Made by a program: the position numbers and the translations under genes
Assembly: GCA_028023455.1 (NCBI GenBank)
Contig: JAQFVV010000005.1
Span: 16,864,001-16,928,000 of the forward strand
Direction of reading: 5' to 3'
Length of the DNA: 64,000 nt
Source of the DNA: Epiperipatus broadwayi
Taxonomy: Eukaryota > Animalia > Onychophora
Part shown: piece after piece, positions 1 through 12,159 of the stretch
Layout of the letters: each line of letters begins with the position of its first letter
Position numbering within the stretch: the stretch's first letter is position 1
The notes under the pieces: generated by a model
Database searches by the model: none
What the model was told of the DNA's origin: nothing
What the model saw: the letters and a program-made list of their open reading frames with translations, nothing else

Positions 1-171
1 AGTCAAATGGCATTTTTCTAGAATATTCAATTGATTCCAACTATCTTAGACTTCTTGTTTTTTCACTGAAATTATTTTCAGCATTATACACTTTATTAAT
101 AAATTATATTATCAAGTGACCAAATAAAATAAATGCAATTGGTTATTAGTGGCTCAGGGGAGAACAATATC

Positions 172-378
172 TGATCTGAGTTTACATTTGTTAAATAGTC
201 ATTAATGGTTCAAATGAGGGTTAAGATTTGATATGGTCTAGTGTTCATTTGCTAAATGGTCATTTGTGGTTCAAGTAAAAATTAAGATCTGATCTGGTTG
301 AGTGTCCATTTGTTTAAATGATCATTAGGGATTCAGGTGAAAATTAATATGATCCAAGTGAATGTTCATTTGTTAAAT
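172..378. repeat. Degenerate ~60-bp minisatellite, ~3.5 copies
   Basis: Recurring unit like tgatctggttgagtgttcatttgttaaatggtcatt..ggttcaagtgaaaattaaga. Confidence 0.7.
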
Positions 379-400
379 TTCATTATCAGCTGCTGATTAC

Positions 401-436
401 TGATTATTCAAACTTATAATAGATGGCGCTAGAGTA
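401..436 (+). promoter_or_regulatory. Bipartite CTCF-like motif copy
   Basis: TGATTATTCAAACTTATAATAGATGGCGCTAGAGTA; 33/36 identical to 20541-20576; core resembles CTCF consensus CCACYAGRKGGCRC. Confidence 0.45.
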
Positions 437-439
437 TTA

Positions 440-1150
440 GAAAAGATGGGTGAGAAAGATAATGTGGTATGCAAAAGATTTGGATAAAGAATTTATATCA
501 ATATACTTGTACAAAAGGTGGGTTGATTGTGTTAGGAGAATTGTTGAGTGTTATAGTGGTAAGGAATGGAATAAAAGAATAGATGCATTAATAAAGAATA
601 GGGAGTTGGAGTGATGGAGAAATAGTATGGAGAGTAAAAAGAGTTTGAATATAAATAGAAGTAAACAGAACATTAGATGTGAGTTATGATAATAGCAAGG
701 AAAGTAGTTTATTGTTTAAGACTTGAATGAGATTTTTAGCAACAAGACAATATACACGTAACTGGAACAATATCGATGATTCAGTCTGCAAATTGTGTAA
801 GGAAGGCATAGAAAATATTAGGCATCTGTTAATTGAATGTAAATGCTTGAAAGCAGAAAGGGTACAAATAATGAAGTTATGAAAGAATAAATATGAACAA
901 AGTGATTATACAGAAAGTGGGTTGTTGGTTTCATGCTGGGTTTGGGGAAAGATACGGGGGATTTAGATATAAAGGCCATAGAGTTGACAAAGATTATGTT
1001 GTGGAAATGGGATGGAGCAGTTTATGGAAAATTTAAGGTGGGGAATGGAAAGGGAAGGTAAAATGGCTAACAGGGTTTTTTGGGCATAGTTGCTAAGAAA
1101 TTCCTGACTCCATTTAAGAAGAAGTCACAGTGCATAACATCACATCACAT
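440..1150 (+). mobile_element. 5'-truncated decayed non-LTR retrotransposon 3' end with CCHC zinc knuckle
   Basis: Frame 661-840 reads YDNSKESSLLFK...CKLCKEGIENIRHLLIEC (one stop); ends in an (ACATC)n-type tail at ~1135-1150. Confidence 0.75.
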
Positions 1151-1199
1151 CCTGTTTATACTGTAAATAAATTGAATATTATTGATGATGTTCTCAAGT

Positions 1200-2330
1200 C
1201 TTTACTTGAGTTCAAAAGCAACAGTACTTACTCTAATTTTCTTCTTCAGCTTCCAACTTTCATATCCACAAATAACTGCAGAAATACTACATGATCAATT
1301 CTTTTTTAAATATCTATACAATTAATGAGCCTTTTCATGGATTTTGTTAAAATTTTACCTAGTGTTGTTCATTACATGCCATTAATTTTGTAATGCTAAA
1401 ATTGTTAAGATTATCAATGAGTTTGCTTGTAGTGTTTGATGTGATTGCCAAAACATATGGACTCATAAAAAAAAATTATGCTTGAACAATTGACTGATAT
1501 GTGCCGAATAATCCATTGACAGTCAAGATAAAGTATCTTTCTGTAAAAACCATTATTAGCATACACCTATTATTGACTTTTTATATAAAATATTACAAAA
1601 GTTTATGTTTACAAAGTTATTCATTCCAAAGTAATTACTCAGTCATAAGATTTCTAATAAGTTTTCAAAATAGTGATTTTAAAAAATTTTATGTGTTACT
1701 AACACCAACCATCAAGACAATATTTAACTCATTCTTTAAATTATTTCAATTAAAAATTTTAAATACAATCACTATGCAACTAGAAAGAATAGTGCATCTG
1801 ATCTAAAATGTGACACCCATGGGATATTGCCTTTCAAATAAAAATATTGGCAATCTTGTTGATGAATAAGTCTGAGAGATAACCATTTCACTTATTTTTT
1901 TCATATAATTTGATACCTGCAAATGTAATTTTCTTGCCCTATAGTTTGTTTAGCAGTATAGAAGTTAGTGGATTCAAGGCAGCAATTTTATCACTGTTGA
2001 AGATATTTGTCCATCATTCAAATGACATAGGTCTGTTGATATCATATTGTCTAAGATAATAACATGTAAATCATTTAGGCTTTCACTCCAAACCATTTAT
2101 ATTTTAGAAGAAGAATAATTAAATTAACTATAGAAATTTTACTCTATGTTCTCTCTAGATCTTAATGCAAAGTGGCAGTTTGTCATATTTCGTTTTCAGT
2201 GATCATATCTCTGATCAATGTCATTTTATATTACTCACTTATTTGCTATATTTTTGAGCTGTTCACTTAATAATAATGACTCTATATTTTAGTTCTAGTC
2301 TTTGTTCCTAGATAGTCTGAGAAAATTTTC
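1200..2330 (-). mobile_element. Highly decayed RTE-like LINE RT remnant
   Basis: Minus-strand fragments loosely resembling GVRQGCILS and LYGxExW motifs; many stops and frameshifts. Confidence 0.35.
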
Positions 2331-4447
2331 AACTCTAAATTCAGTTAATTTTTGCAAAATATAGTTGAAATTTTTTATGTTATGTTTGTCAAGATAAAAA
2401 ATAAATTTATTTTTAAAACATCTTTTTTTTATTTAAATATTTTTATTAATAAAAATAAAATTTATTTTATTTTTGTATTTACTAATGTTTTTAAGCATTA
2501 AAAACCTACTCATTGTCATACAAAAAAAATATTTTTATTTTAAAAAATGCTTTTTTTAAATTTGTGTGTTTTTTAAATGTTTTAAATAGTAATTATTTTA
2601 AAAAATAATTTAATTTTGTTATTAACTTGATTAATACTGAGAGCAAAAATACATAAAAAAATTAAGCATACACTTTAGTCCTTGATTTCTCAAGAGAAGA
2701 TCAAAATTGCCACAATAAGTTCTGTAACTTGTGATTTCCTAAATCAGCATTGGCTTGTGTTTTCACAAACAAACAAAAATACTAAAAAACAATGTCAACC
2801 AATTTCCGCAAATGGTTCCTATATAAATGGTTTTCTTTCATATAAAAAATTGTTACTTACAAAAATATATTATTGAATACAAGCTAATATCTTGAAACTT
2901 TAAGAGAAAGATTTTAATCCCAAACCTACTTATTTGTTTACCTCTACAACTCTGAAACAAGAGCAGAAACTGTATTATAATTTATCAGGATCAATTATGT
3001 AACAATAAATTCCATTGAGTTTTTATAGGAAAATACTATATAACTGATGGTTTATTTCTCTAATGATGAGGATTTATCCGAATATTAGCAGCAAAATCAC
3101 ATGATTTTTTCATGTTTAAGAACAGATCTTTTCACCTTGCACTTGATAAGTCACACAAATAAATAACGCTATAATATCCATCCTTAGATGGGTTTCAGAA
3201 TTGTGCTTTTATCTGTAGACTCTGATTAAAAATTAGAATTAATGTAATTATGTATCTATCAGTCACCTTATATCTCTTTTATATTATTCAAGATAACACC
3301 TAAAATTCAATAAGGTTAACTTCCCATGAAAAAAAAAAAACTAACGTTTTGAATCCAAGATAAGTAATTTGCATGATTATATAAATCTGACACAAGATCA
3401 ATTTGTATACATTTTCTAAATCTATTTTGTGTGTGTTCCTTTCATTTTCTGTCTAGGAATGTTAATATCAACAATAATATTATATTCAATGCACACCAGT
3501 TCATAAAGTACAATAATGTTTCAGGGCTTCAAATCCTTAGTTTTATTGCATTATAGGCTATTAGCTTGAATAGTATAAAGGAATAAAAGGTAGCTTTTGG
3601 TTGTATGAATGCATTACTTCTACCTTTAAATTATAGTCCTCACTGAAGATAGCTGAAACCAGGGATCAATATAGAAATGAGGTATTATAGCACTATACCA
3701 ATTTTAATATTCATTAATTATTTTAGTATATATAGTAATTGGCTCTAGACTAGGGTGAATAAATCTGATTTTGGAAATTTTATTATTATGTAGGTTCATC
3801 AGAATTAGTATAGTCACGCTACATTTAATTTGGTAAATTGCCTTTCAAATAGGCTGATGTCACTAATATATAATCTGGAAGTCATATGATGTTTAATGTA
3901 ATCCATACAGTTTTTTAATAAATATTTAATCAAAAGCTATGTTATCAGTAATGGATCTCCCCCCCCCCCCCAAACTTCTCTTTCTCCAAATGTGAGTGAA
4001 ATGGAATCTGAAAAAAGTAGAGTAGATGCAAATACTTTCTTGATAAATTGAATTTTATGGAGAAGAAGACTCAATGCCGACTATAAATTAGCTCTAAACC
4101 CAAATAAAGAAGAGTTAAGAATCATCATATGGTAATTTATTTTGATTCTATTATTTTTCCTCAAAAAAGTTGTTGTGTATTTAGTTTATAATGGAGATCC
4201 TACAATATATTATTACAATAGTTGCCAATCTAAACTCTGATCTATAAAACTATATTAAAATATTGCCTTTGACTCAAAATTTCAAAGTATCAAACTGCCT
4301 GAAAAAGACCAAAAAATTGTCATTTAGATCCATTGTTATCATTTAATATCCACTGATTATTCAAAGCTTACATAGTTGATGAGATTGTCATTATCTAATG
4401 CAAATTAAATATGAGCAAAGTGAATATCAGAATGTTTAAACTTTGGC

Positions 4448-5410
4448 TTTAAGTCAACATGGGTGTGACAAGAGTTGAATGGACAGTTGGAGTGGATTGA
4501 AGCCTGTCTATTAAAGAATGAAGATTGGCTATCTTAATATATATCTGAGCACTTATTGCATATATGTGTAGAGATGATAATCTGGACCAATTGATGATTG
4601 CTAGTTTAACCTGAAACATGTATATTGGTGATTATTTATCTTTTTAACATATATGTGTTCAAGTGTATCAGTAATATGATAGGGTGGTGGGTCGTGTGAA
4701 AGTCTGTGCTCATATACCTTATATATTACACATATTGATACAGGTATATAATAAGCCTGTATTTCAGTTATTAGATAGTCGAGATGTTTTTTCATTCCCT
4801 GTATATGTATTAAATGGATTATGTCCTATACATGAGGGGTCAGATTGACTTTAAGTCAACATGGACATGACAAAAATCTCAGCCTCAGAGTGGCCTTTGA
4901 GCATTCCATCATCAGATTTTCAATTGGATGGACGATTAAGAGTTGGAGTGTGGAGTAGATTGAAGCCTGTCCATTAAAGTATGAAGATTGGCTATCTTAA
5001 TATGTATCTGAGCACTTATTGCATATATGTGTAGAGTTGATAATCTGCACCAACTGATGATTGCTGGTTTAGCATGAAATACGAATATTGGTGATTATTT
5101 ACCTGTTTGACATATATGTATTCAAGTATATCAGTGATATGAGATAGAGTGGTGAGTGGTGGGTCGTGGGAAAGTCTGTGCTCATATACCCTATATATTA
5201 CATATATTGATACAGGTATATAATAAGCCAGTATTTTAGTTATTAACATATTAAGGCAAAACAATTTTATGTGTTCAAGTATATCAGTGATATGAGATAG
5301 AGTGGTGAGTGGTGGGTCGTGGGAAAGTCTGTGCTCATATACCCTATATATTACATATATTGATAAGCCAGTATTTTAGTTATTAACATATTAAGGCAAA
5401 ACAATTTTAA
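4448..5410 (+). mobile_element. Family X tandem array (HHR-bearing, non-LTR retrozyme-like), ~2 monomers plus partial duplication
   Basis: Direct repeats with HHR cores at 4591 (C3>T) and 5054, spacing 463 nt; homologous to 12160-12903. Confidence 0.8.
5042..5098 (+). ncRNA. Type I hammerhead ribozyme (family X)
   Basis: Stem I CACCAA/TTGGTG, CTGATGA 5054-5060, stem II TGCT/AGCA (T-T at 10.1/11.1), GAAA 5076-5079, AUA triplet 5085-5087. Confidence 0.75.
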
Positions 5411-8149
5411 ATAATTCAGTGCAGGTCAAAAGCACTAGAATAAAATTTCAGCATTATTTTTTTGCAGTTGTTGTTTAATCTTCTAATTAAAAACAAATAC
5501 CAATTTTAATTAATTAAATACGTGGTTAACTTGAATATGATTTTGCTATCTTATCTTAAAAATTCTCTGTTACTGGGAAGCAATTCACCTGGATTCAAAC
5601 TCCAAGCTATATGCATGATAAAAGAGATTGCTGATAATGTCCTTTGAGGCTTTTTAAAGTCCTGGTTTTATTTTCTATGTACTTTTAAGATCACATATAT
5701 TCACGTACACTTTAAGATATACATTTGTATAATCAATTAAAGGGATTGGTAAGCTCTTGTTTTTGGTTTCTGTATTAAATCAATAATTATTTTTTCTTTC
5801 TTGCGTCGTACGGTGTTTAGCTGATCATCTTAAAGAGAAAATGAGACTATTCTTATTCCAAATGGTCACTGAAGAAGGCAATAGAACTAGGAAAAGCTTT
5901 TAAAATTTGACTTCAGTGTTCGTACCTTTGTGATTTCCCAATGAGCAAATCTAAAAAGCACGAGTTGTTTATTTAAGATCAGCAGATTTTTAAAAGAAAT
6001 TAGTTTAAATGTCTCTTTGTTTGGTGGAAGGATTGATAAAAAAAATAATTGCGTCAGCAAATTAAATATTAAATAATAACTTTTTTTTTTTTGTAAATAA
6101 CAGATATATTGGACATTCCTGCGAGCGATGAAATATATATATATAAGTAGTTTTCTGCTAAAGAGTGGAAGGGTGATTAGACACTACACCACGTGATTAC
6201 GCTTGATCATCATCATCTCCTTGATACAATTTATAATCTCACTACTCAGTTGTGTTGACTGTGGACTAGTTATTTCAGAAATACATAGCGTTTCATTGGA
6301 AGTTACTAGAAAAAAATCTAACAGCTGTGGTTTGCATTTGAACATCTGGTAATGAACACTATATTCCAAGGATCTTATCTAGTGAAACATGTTAATATTC
6401 CAAGAATATGTTTATATAAATAAGCATTTATTTTATATAGCGTCTGTATACAAGCGTTTGCACAATTAGCTTGAAAGGCTGATATTCGAATGTAAATAAT
6501 ATGTTTATGTAAAAATTGTAGCAAATCACTTAGCTAATGTTTTGTATATATGCAAACATAACCTTGGTCTACTAATGGACTCAACCATAAACTATAATAT
6601 ACTGAAAAACTGCAAACTATTCAGAAAAGAATTAAGGAATCAAAAGATCATCTAATATCAAAGAAGAATGATTAATTCACAAATTAAATACTGCTTAATA
6701 GCAAGGTTAGATATGAAGGCTAAGATTTCTGTGTGGAATACCTCATCTTGATAAAAGTTCAATCCTCAAACTTGTTGGAATCACTTGCTCATGCCAATAG
6801 TGAGGAATCATGTGCCAATACAATGGAAATCACTCAAGTTTATAAGCAATACAATTTAAACTCCTTTCTTATATTTGTCATTTAGATTAACTGATATATG
6901 GATTGTGAAAGAATCCACTCCATTGTGAAAGTTTATTAATACTGTATTATTAATTATTATCTTGTTATATATAGTATTTAATAAATAATTAATATTTACA
7001 AGCCGCCTTTTAAATATGTTAGTGCATAACAAGGATAAAAGCTGATGACCCCTTGCAAATTATCTGCAATTACAATTGCCCTTTATAATAGTCTTTTTTT
7101 GGATAATTAGATTTTATCTTCTCATCTACTGCTTGATCAAGCCTTGTTTTTGTTATGTGTGTGTTTGACACCATATAGAAGGTTCATCAAAAGTTTCAAT
7201 AATTTAGTGGCACATATCTTTCTAGTGTTTAATATAACTTGATGATTACAGCCTCTAAACTACATCAACTGTTTAGAATGTAACTGTCAATATCATATCG
7301 ATATAATATTGCATAAACACTAGCCCATCAAACTGGTAGCATGCAGCTTTTGAAAGTTAAATCAATATAAGGCATATGATCAACATAAGTTGCCCTAAAT
7401 ATTTTAATGCAGTAAAAAAAAGGGTTAGAGTCTGGGGTTTGAAGTCCATATATCATATCACAGTAGCTGCTATTTCCAGTACTCAAAATTTTTATAAATT
7501 CCTAAACAAAAACCATTTGTATGTTTGTTTATCATTATAATCTAATATAAAACTATTATTAATCAATACAGACAATGGGAATCAAGATTAGCTCATTGGT
7601 TTTTAATCATACCAAAACTTATATTGTCTTTATAGGTCACAAAGTCAATATAGTCACCAGTAATTACATCAATATTTAGGCCCATCTCACTCAAAAGCTA
7701 GCAATTGATGTCACACTTCACCAATAGTTATCACTTAGTTATCCATGATTACAGCCTCATGGTAAATTATACTGGATAGATGACTTTTGATATAGGATTG
7801 ACATCAAATTAAAGTTAAAGATAATAATGAGCTCAAAGTCCAGTAAGTGATAAAACATACAATCGTTATTACAGAAAATGATTCAATAACCATGACCAAT
7901 CTACGTTAATAGTTTATTTTTATCTTCTAGTGTACTACTATTTGATTGTATCTATATTTGGTCAGATATTGGCTAGCTGAAAAAAAAAAGCTGTTTGTGA
8001 TATGAACATTTCAAAGTTCCCAGTCATGGTTTTAAGCCCAAAACAAAAATTTAGTGAATGCATTACCACCATGCTATGAGGTATTAATGTTTTGACAATT
8101 CACAAGCTGTAGATATATGAAAATTTTTACTATCAGCAATTACATAAAC

Positions 8150-8740
8150 TTGTTGCGATAGGTCTCAATGATCTCAATTGCCATCAGGACTTGATATTGG
8201 CTTAATGTCATTTGATCATTATGATTTAAGGTTTTATGGAAAATGGCTACCAGAATTTGACATTGGCTTGAATGTCACATGGTGATAAAGATTTACTGCT
8301 GGTTTAATGTTATGGGTCATTAGAACTAGCATTAGTTCATTATAGAATTACCATGGTTTATCATTATCTTGGTATCATATAACTATCAGAACTTATAACT
8401 GATCTGATATATGGTCATGAGTATTTAGTACTTGTATAATATATTGATGAGGCTTTATGTCACATAACTTCTATGATTTAAACCATCTTGATGTCATAAA
8501 ATCATCAGGTCACAATATAGTCCTGATGTGGCATTGTAACCAGTGTTTTATGTTGGCCTAATGTTATGAGTCAATATAAGTAGCATTGGCTTATCTGGCA
8601 TAATGTGTTACATGATCACCATAACTTAACATTGGCATGATATCACATTATGACCAGGTTTTAACACTAGCTTGGCATGACATCATCACCTAGGTTTAAT
8701 GCTGATATAATGTTATATAATCAATGGATTTTAATATTCG
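8150..8740. repeat. Old degenerate ~38-40-bp minisatellite
   Basis: Recurring cattggcttaatgtcacatgatcaccaggatttaa-like unit, roughly 15 diverged copies. Confidence 0.65.
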
Positions 8741-9381
8741 CTAGAAAACTTATCTTCACTTAGTCTTAATACTTAATGTCTCCCTAGCAACTAAAGATTA
8801 GCAATGACTCAACCACTTATGCCTGTTAAAAAATAATTCTGTTCTCAACTACTATTTATATTACGGCAAGTTATTCTTAGTAAATCTATTTTACATATTA
8901 TGTATAAATAACTAAAATATAGAAACATAAAAAATATATTTAAATAAAAACTAGTTCTGACGTTTTGCATTTATTTGAATTTATTCTCTCCAACCAACTT
9001 TCATTTCCTTTAATTCATTCAGAAAATAAATCTCTAACCTATTTCTACAAATGCAGCTTCTCCATAATTTAACTACATAAAAAAATCTAAAAATCTTTAC
9101 CATTTATGCTGTCACTGAATAATTTTACAACTCAGCAAGCAGCAACTATAACTCTTTCATCAATTAGCTAATGGAAGTTGAACAATTTTAGAAAAATGTC
9201 TCTTAATATAGCCAACGGTTATATTTGTTCAAACGTTCCATTAATTAAAAGAGGCCTACATTAAACCATTGAAATCTCTTTTATCAAAAGATCTCTCTAC
9301 TCATTTGTGTGTGTCTATATATAACATATATGTATTTATATATTAAAATAGCTTTTCTAATGAGCAATCAAAAATTCACAA

Positions 9382-10850
9382 TCATCATCATCATTATCAT
9401 AAACCATTATCAATCCACTGCATGTTGAAGGTTTATCCCAAGTTCAATCCATCTTCTCCGATCTTTAGCTTCTCTTATCCATATCATCCTTGCACACTTT
9501 CTTATTTCATCCATCCATCTCATATGTGGTCTTTTTCTGGATCTTTTACAATTTCTTGGAATCCAGTTTAAGATTTCAATTGTCCATCTATTATCATATC
9601 TTCTAGCAATATGTCCAGCCCAACTCCACTTAGTCTTTTTTTTCAATGAGGTCAGTAACACCTATTTGTTCTCTTACCCATGTATTGTTTTTGATCTCTT
9701 GTTGTTACTCCTAACATACATCTCTCCATACTTCTTTGAGTGGTCTGAAAGTTTTTGTATTGCTCTTTTATTAAGTGTCCAAGTCTCGGATCCATAAATA
9801 AAAAACCCTTTTTCAAACACATAGTCATATTTCCTTTGAATATTAAATTATTTCTATCAAAAGCACTCCATTCAAGTTTAAATCTATGATTAATTTTATT
9901 CATTATGTTTCCATCTGTAGTAATAATCTGACCAAGGCATTGGTAGTTGTTAACTTCCTCTAACTCATCATAATCCATCTTTATATTTGTCTTTTGAGAA
10001 AATCCATTGAACATTTACTTTAGTCTTTTTTAACATTTATCTTTAATCCTACTTTCTTACTTTCATCTGACAACTCATGCACCATTTGCTGAAGCTCTAA
10101 AGCATTACTTGCAAAAACATCTACATGATCTGCAAAATCTAAATGATTTAAATAATCTCCATTTTTGTCTACTCCTTTAGCTTTCCATTTTAATCCACAA
10201 AATACTTTTTGCAACACTGTTGTAAAGTTTTGAAGATAAGGAGTCACCTTGTCTTACACTCTTCTCAATGTTAACCTTCCTAGTATCATTACATAATCTA
10301 ATTGTTGCTGTTGCATTTTGATAAATATTCTTCAGAATTTGACAATATCCTGGGTATACATATTGATGATCCAATGCTTTAATCACTAAAGAAATGCTTA
10401 TAGAATCAAAGGCCTTTTCATAATCTAAAAATCCAAAGCATAATTGCAACTCATATTCATTTGTCCTTTCTATAACTTACTCTCAATACCTGGATATGAT
10501 CTACTGTACTAAAACCACTTTTAAATCCAGCTTGTTCTTTTGGTTGCTTGGAATCCAATGTTCTCTGTAGGCGAGTTGTAATTATCTTGGTAAAAATTTT
10601 GTATAAAACTGATAAAAGACTGATAGGTCTGTAATTTCTAATATCTTCTTCGTCACCTTTTTAAAATATTAATAATGCATTTTTTCAATCATCTGGTACA
10701 TCTTTATGATTTAGACATTTGGCATATAAATTTGCCAAAAAATAATCTATTTCTTCACCTGTTTTATTTTTAATATATTGATTAAAATTCCATCATTACC
10801 TGGAACTTTTCTCTTCTTCATAAATTTAATTGCATGTCTCGTCTTCATTT
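9382..10850 (-). mobile_element. 5'-truncated RTE-clade LINE (decayed RT and C-terminus)
   Basis: ORF track: LDYEKAFDSI, RQGDSLS, HLDFADHV, KWSWAGHIARR..W.PR..RKRP..RW; (GAT)n-type 3' tail. Confidence 0.92.
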
Positions 10851-10865
10851 AAAATTTACAATAGC

Positions 10866-10960
10866 AGCGATTTAGTACAGTGGTTAGTGCATGAACTCTG
10901 GATTTTGACATCCATAGATTTTGCCTCCAGATGTCACTTCTGGTATTTGAACTAATTATA
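10866..10960 (+). mobile_element. Old tRNA-derived SINE-like head
   Basis: A-box-like agtacagtggttagtgc followed by a segment loosely like CORE-SINE heads; B box degenerate. Confidence 0.3.
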
Positions 10961-10989
10961 TTTTAAGCAAGTTTGTTATTGTTTTAAAT

Positions 10990-11260
10990 AATAGACTTAT
11001 AACAAATCTAACAACTCACCCACAGTTTATCAGTAAATAAGATATCTATTTTATATGGTTCAAATCCAATCTAATGTATCAACAATATCTATTTTATCTG
11101 GCTCATAGTTAATGTAACTAACTATTTACTATTAACCAGTAAATGAAAATCCATTTCATTTGGCTCATAATCAATCTATCTAATCAGCCAACTTTGGTTC
11201 ATAAATAGAAATCCAACCACTTTATCTGGTTCATACTCAATCAAACTTGCCATCCAATAT
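10990..11260. repeat. Degenerate tandem repeat
   Basis: Repeated atctattttatctggttcata..tcaatcta-like blocks. Confidence 0.45.
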
Positions 11261-11396
11261 TGATCAGAAAATAATGACACATCAAATTTAATTAAAGAAT
11301 AAAACAAAGGCAAAACTCTCCATACAGTAGTGCCACCCTGTGCCAAACAGATTAATCAATGGATGCCAGAAGGCTTGTGCATAAAATCCCTATCTA

Positions 11397-11455
11397 GTGC
11401 CTACTCATCCAATATCCCCAGATGAGTTTCTGGCTTGTGGCCGTCATCAGTGAGC
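11397..11455 (-). ncRNA. Mirror hammerhead ribozyme (family Y, left arm)
   Basis: Reverse complement gives CTGATGA (11450-11444) cggc-cacaa-gcca GAAA ctcatc..gatgag TA. Confidence 0.5.
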
Positions 11456-11524
11456 AACTTTGGATCTGAGAGCCCTGCACCTAGCTAGCTAAGATCTAGG
11501 TGCAGTGCTCTCAGATCCAAAGCT

Positions 11525-11583
11525 CCTCACTGATGATGGCCACAAGCCAGAAACTCATCTGGGGATATTGGATGAGTATGCAC
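11525..11583 (+). ncRNA. Type I hammerhead ribozyme (family Y, right arm)
   Basis: CTGATGA 11530-36, stem II TGGC/GCCA, GAAA 11550-53, stem III CTCATCT/GGATGAG, GUA 11576-78; stem I only 2 bp locally. Confidence 0.6.
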
Positions 11584-12014
11584 TAGATAGGGATTTTATG
11601 CACAAGCCTTCTGGCATCCATTGATTACTCTGTTTGGCACAGGGTGGCACTCCTGTATGGAGAGTTTTGCCTTTGTTTACAACAATTATGTGCTAGTATA
11701 AGAGGTGATCATGTGATGTTTAGTGGTTTAAAGAATAAAAATAAGGTTCTAAGAAATCTATGGATTATTTAAAACATAAGTATCAATACACACATCACAA
11801 TAAAAAAAAAACAATTGAAATAATATGAGGAAGAATTATCATATATGTGTGGTTACTTTCTCTTATATAATGTCAAAAAATTTTAGTAAGCAATATCTCA
11901 GAGAAATGTAACAAACAGAATATATGCATAATCAGATGCAAGATGAGCTTTAAATTTATAAAGTTAGCAAAATTTGTCTATTGCACTTTTGACTAACTAA
12001 TTGTACTAGTCATG

Positions 12015-12015
<1 letters not shown>

Positions 12016-12061
<46 letters not shown>

Positions 12062-12072
12062 ATATTATGTAA

Positions 12073-12109
<37 letters not shown>

Positions 12110-12122
12110 GAATTACATAATA
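12016..12122. repeat. (AT)n tracts with 16-bp inverted arms
   Basis: (AT)n at 12016-12057, then ATATTATGTAATTCAT/(AT)n/ATGAATTACATAATAT. Confidence 0.85.
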
Positions 12123-12159
12123 TAAAATAAAATGTAATGAATTATTATAAGATATGAAA

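Larger units (their letters stand above)
11305..11727. mobile_element. Family Y copy 1: HHR-bearing fold-back element, probably non-autonomous Penelope-like
   Basis: ~180-bp near-perfect arms (11302-11678) with 11-nt loop, one-sided ~49-nt tail, 13-bp direct repeat TTAAAGAATAAAA at 11292-11304 and 11728-11740. Confidence 0.85.

Noticed and set aside
4601-5264. Paralogous small ORFs (YIPVSI..YEHRLSHDPP), also 12619-13035 and 19390-20089
   Set aside because: Antisense or chance translations of the family X repeat; frames not conserved between copies
5869-5900. CTGAAGA..GAAA string; similar isolated cores at 16914, 52003 and 58661
   Set aside because: No convincing stems I-III
6184-6369. 61-aa ORF with a possible acceptor on the minus strand
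   Set aside because: Short, unrecognised, and no linked exons found
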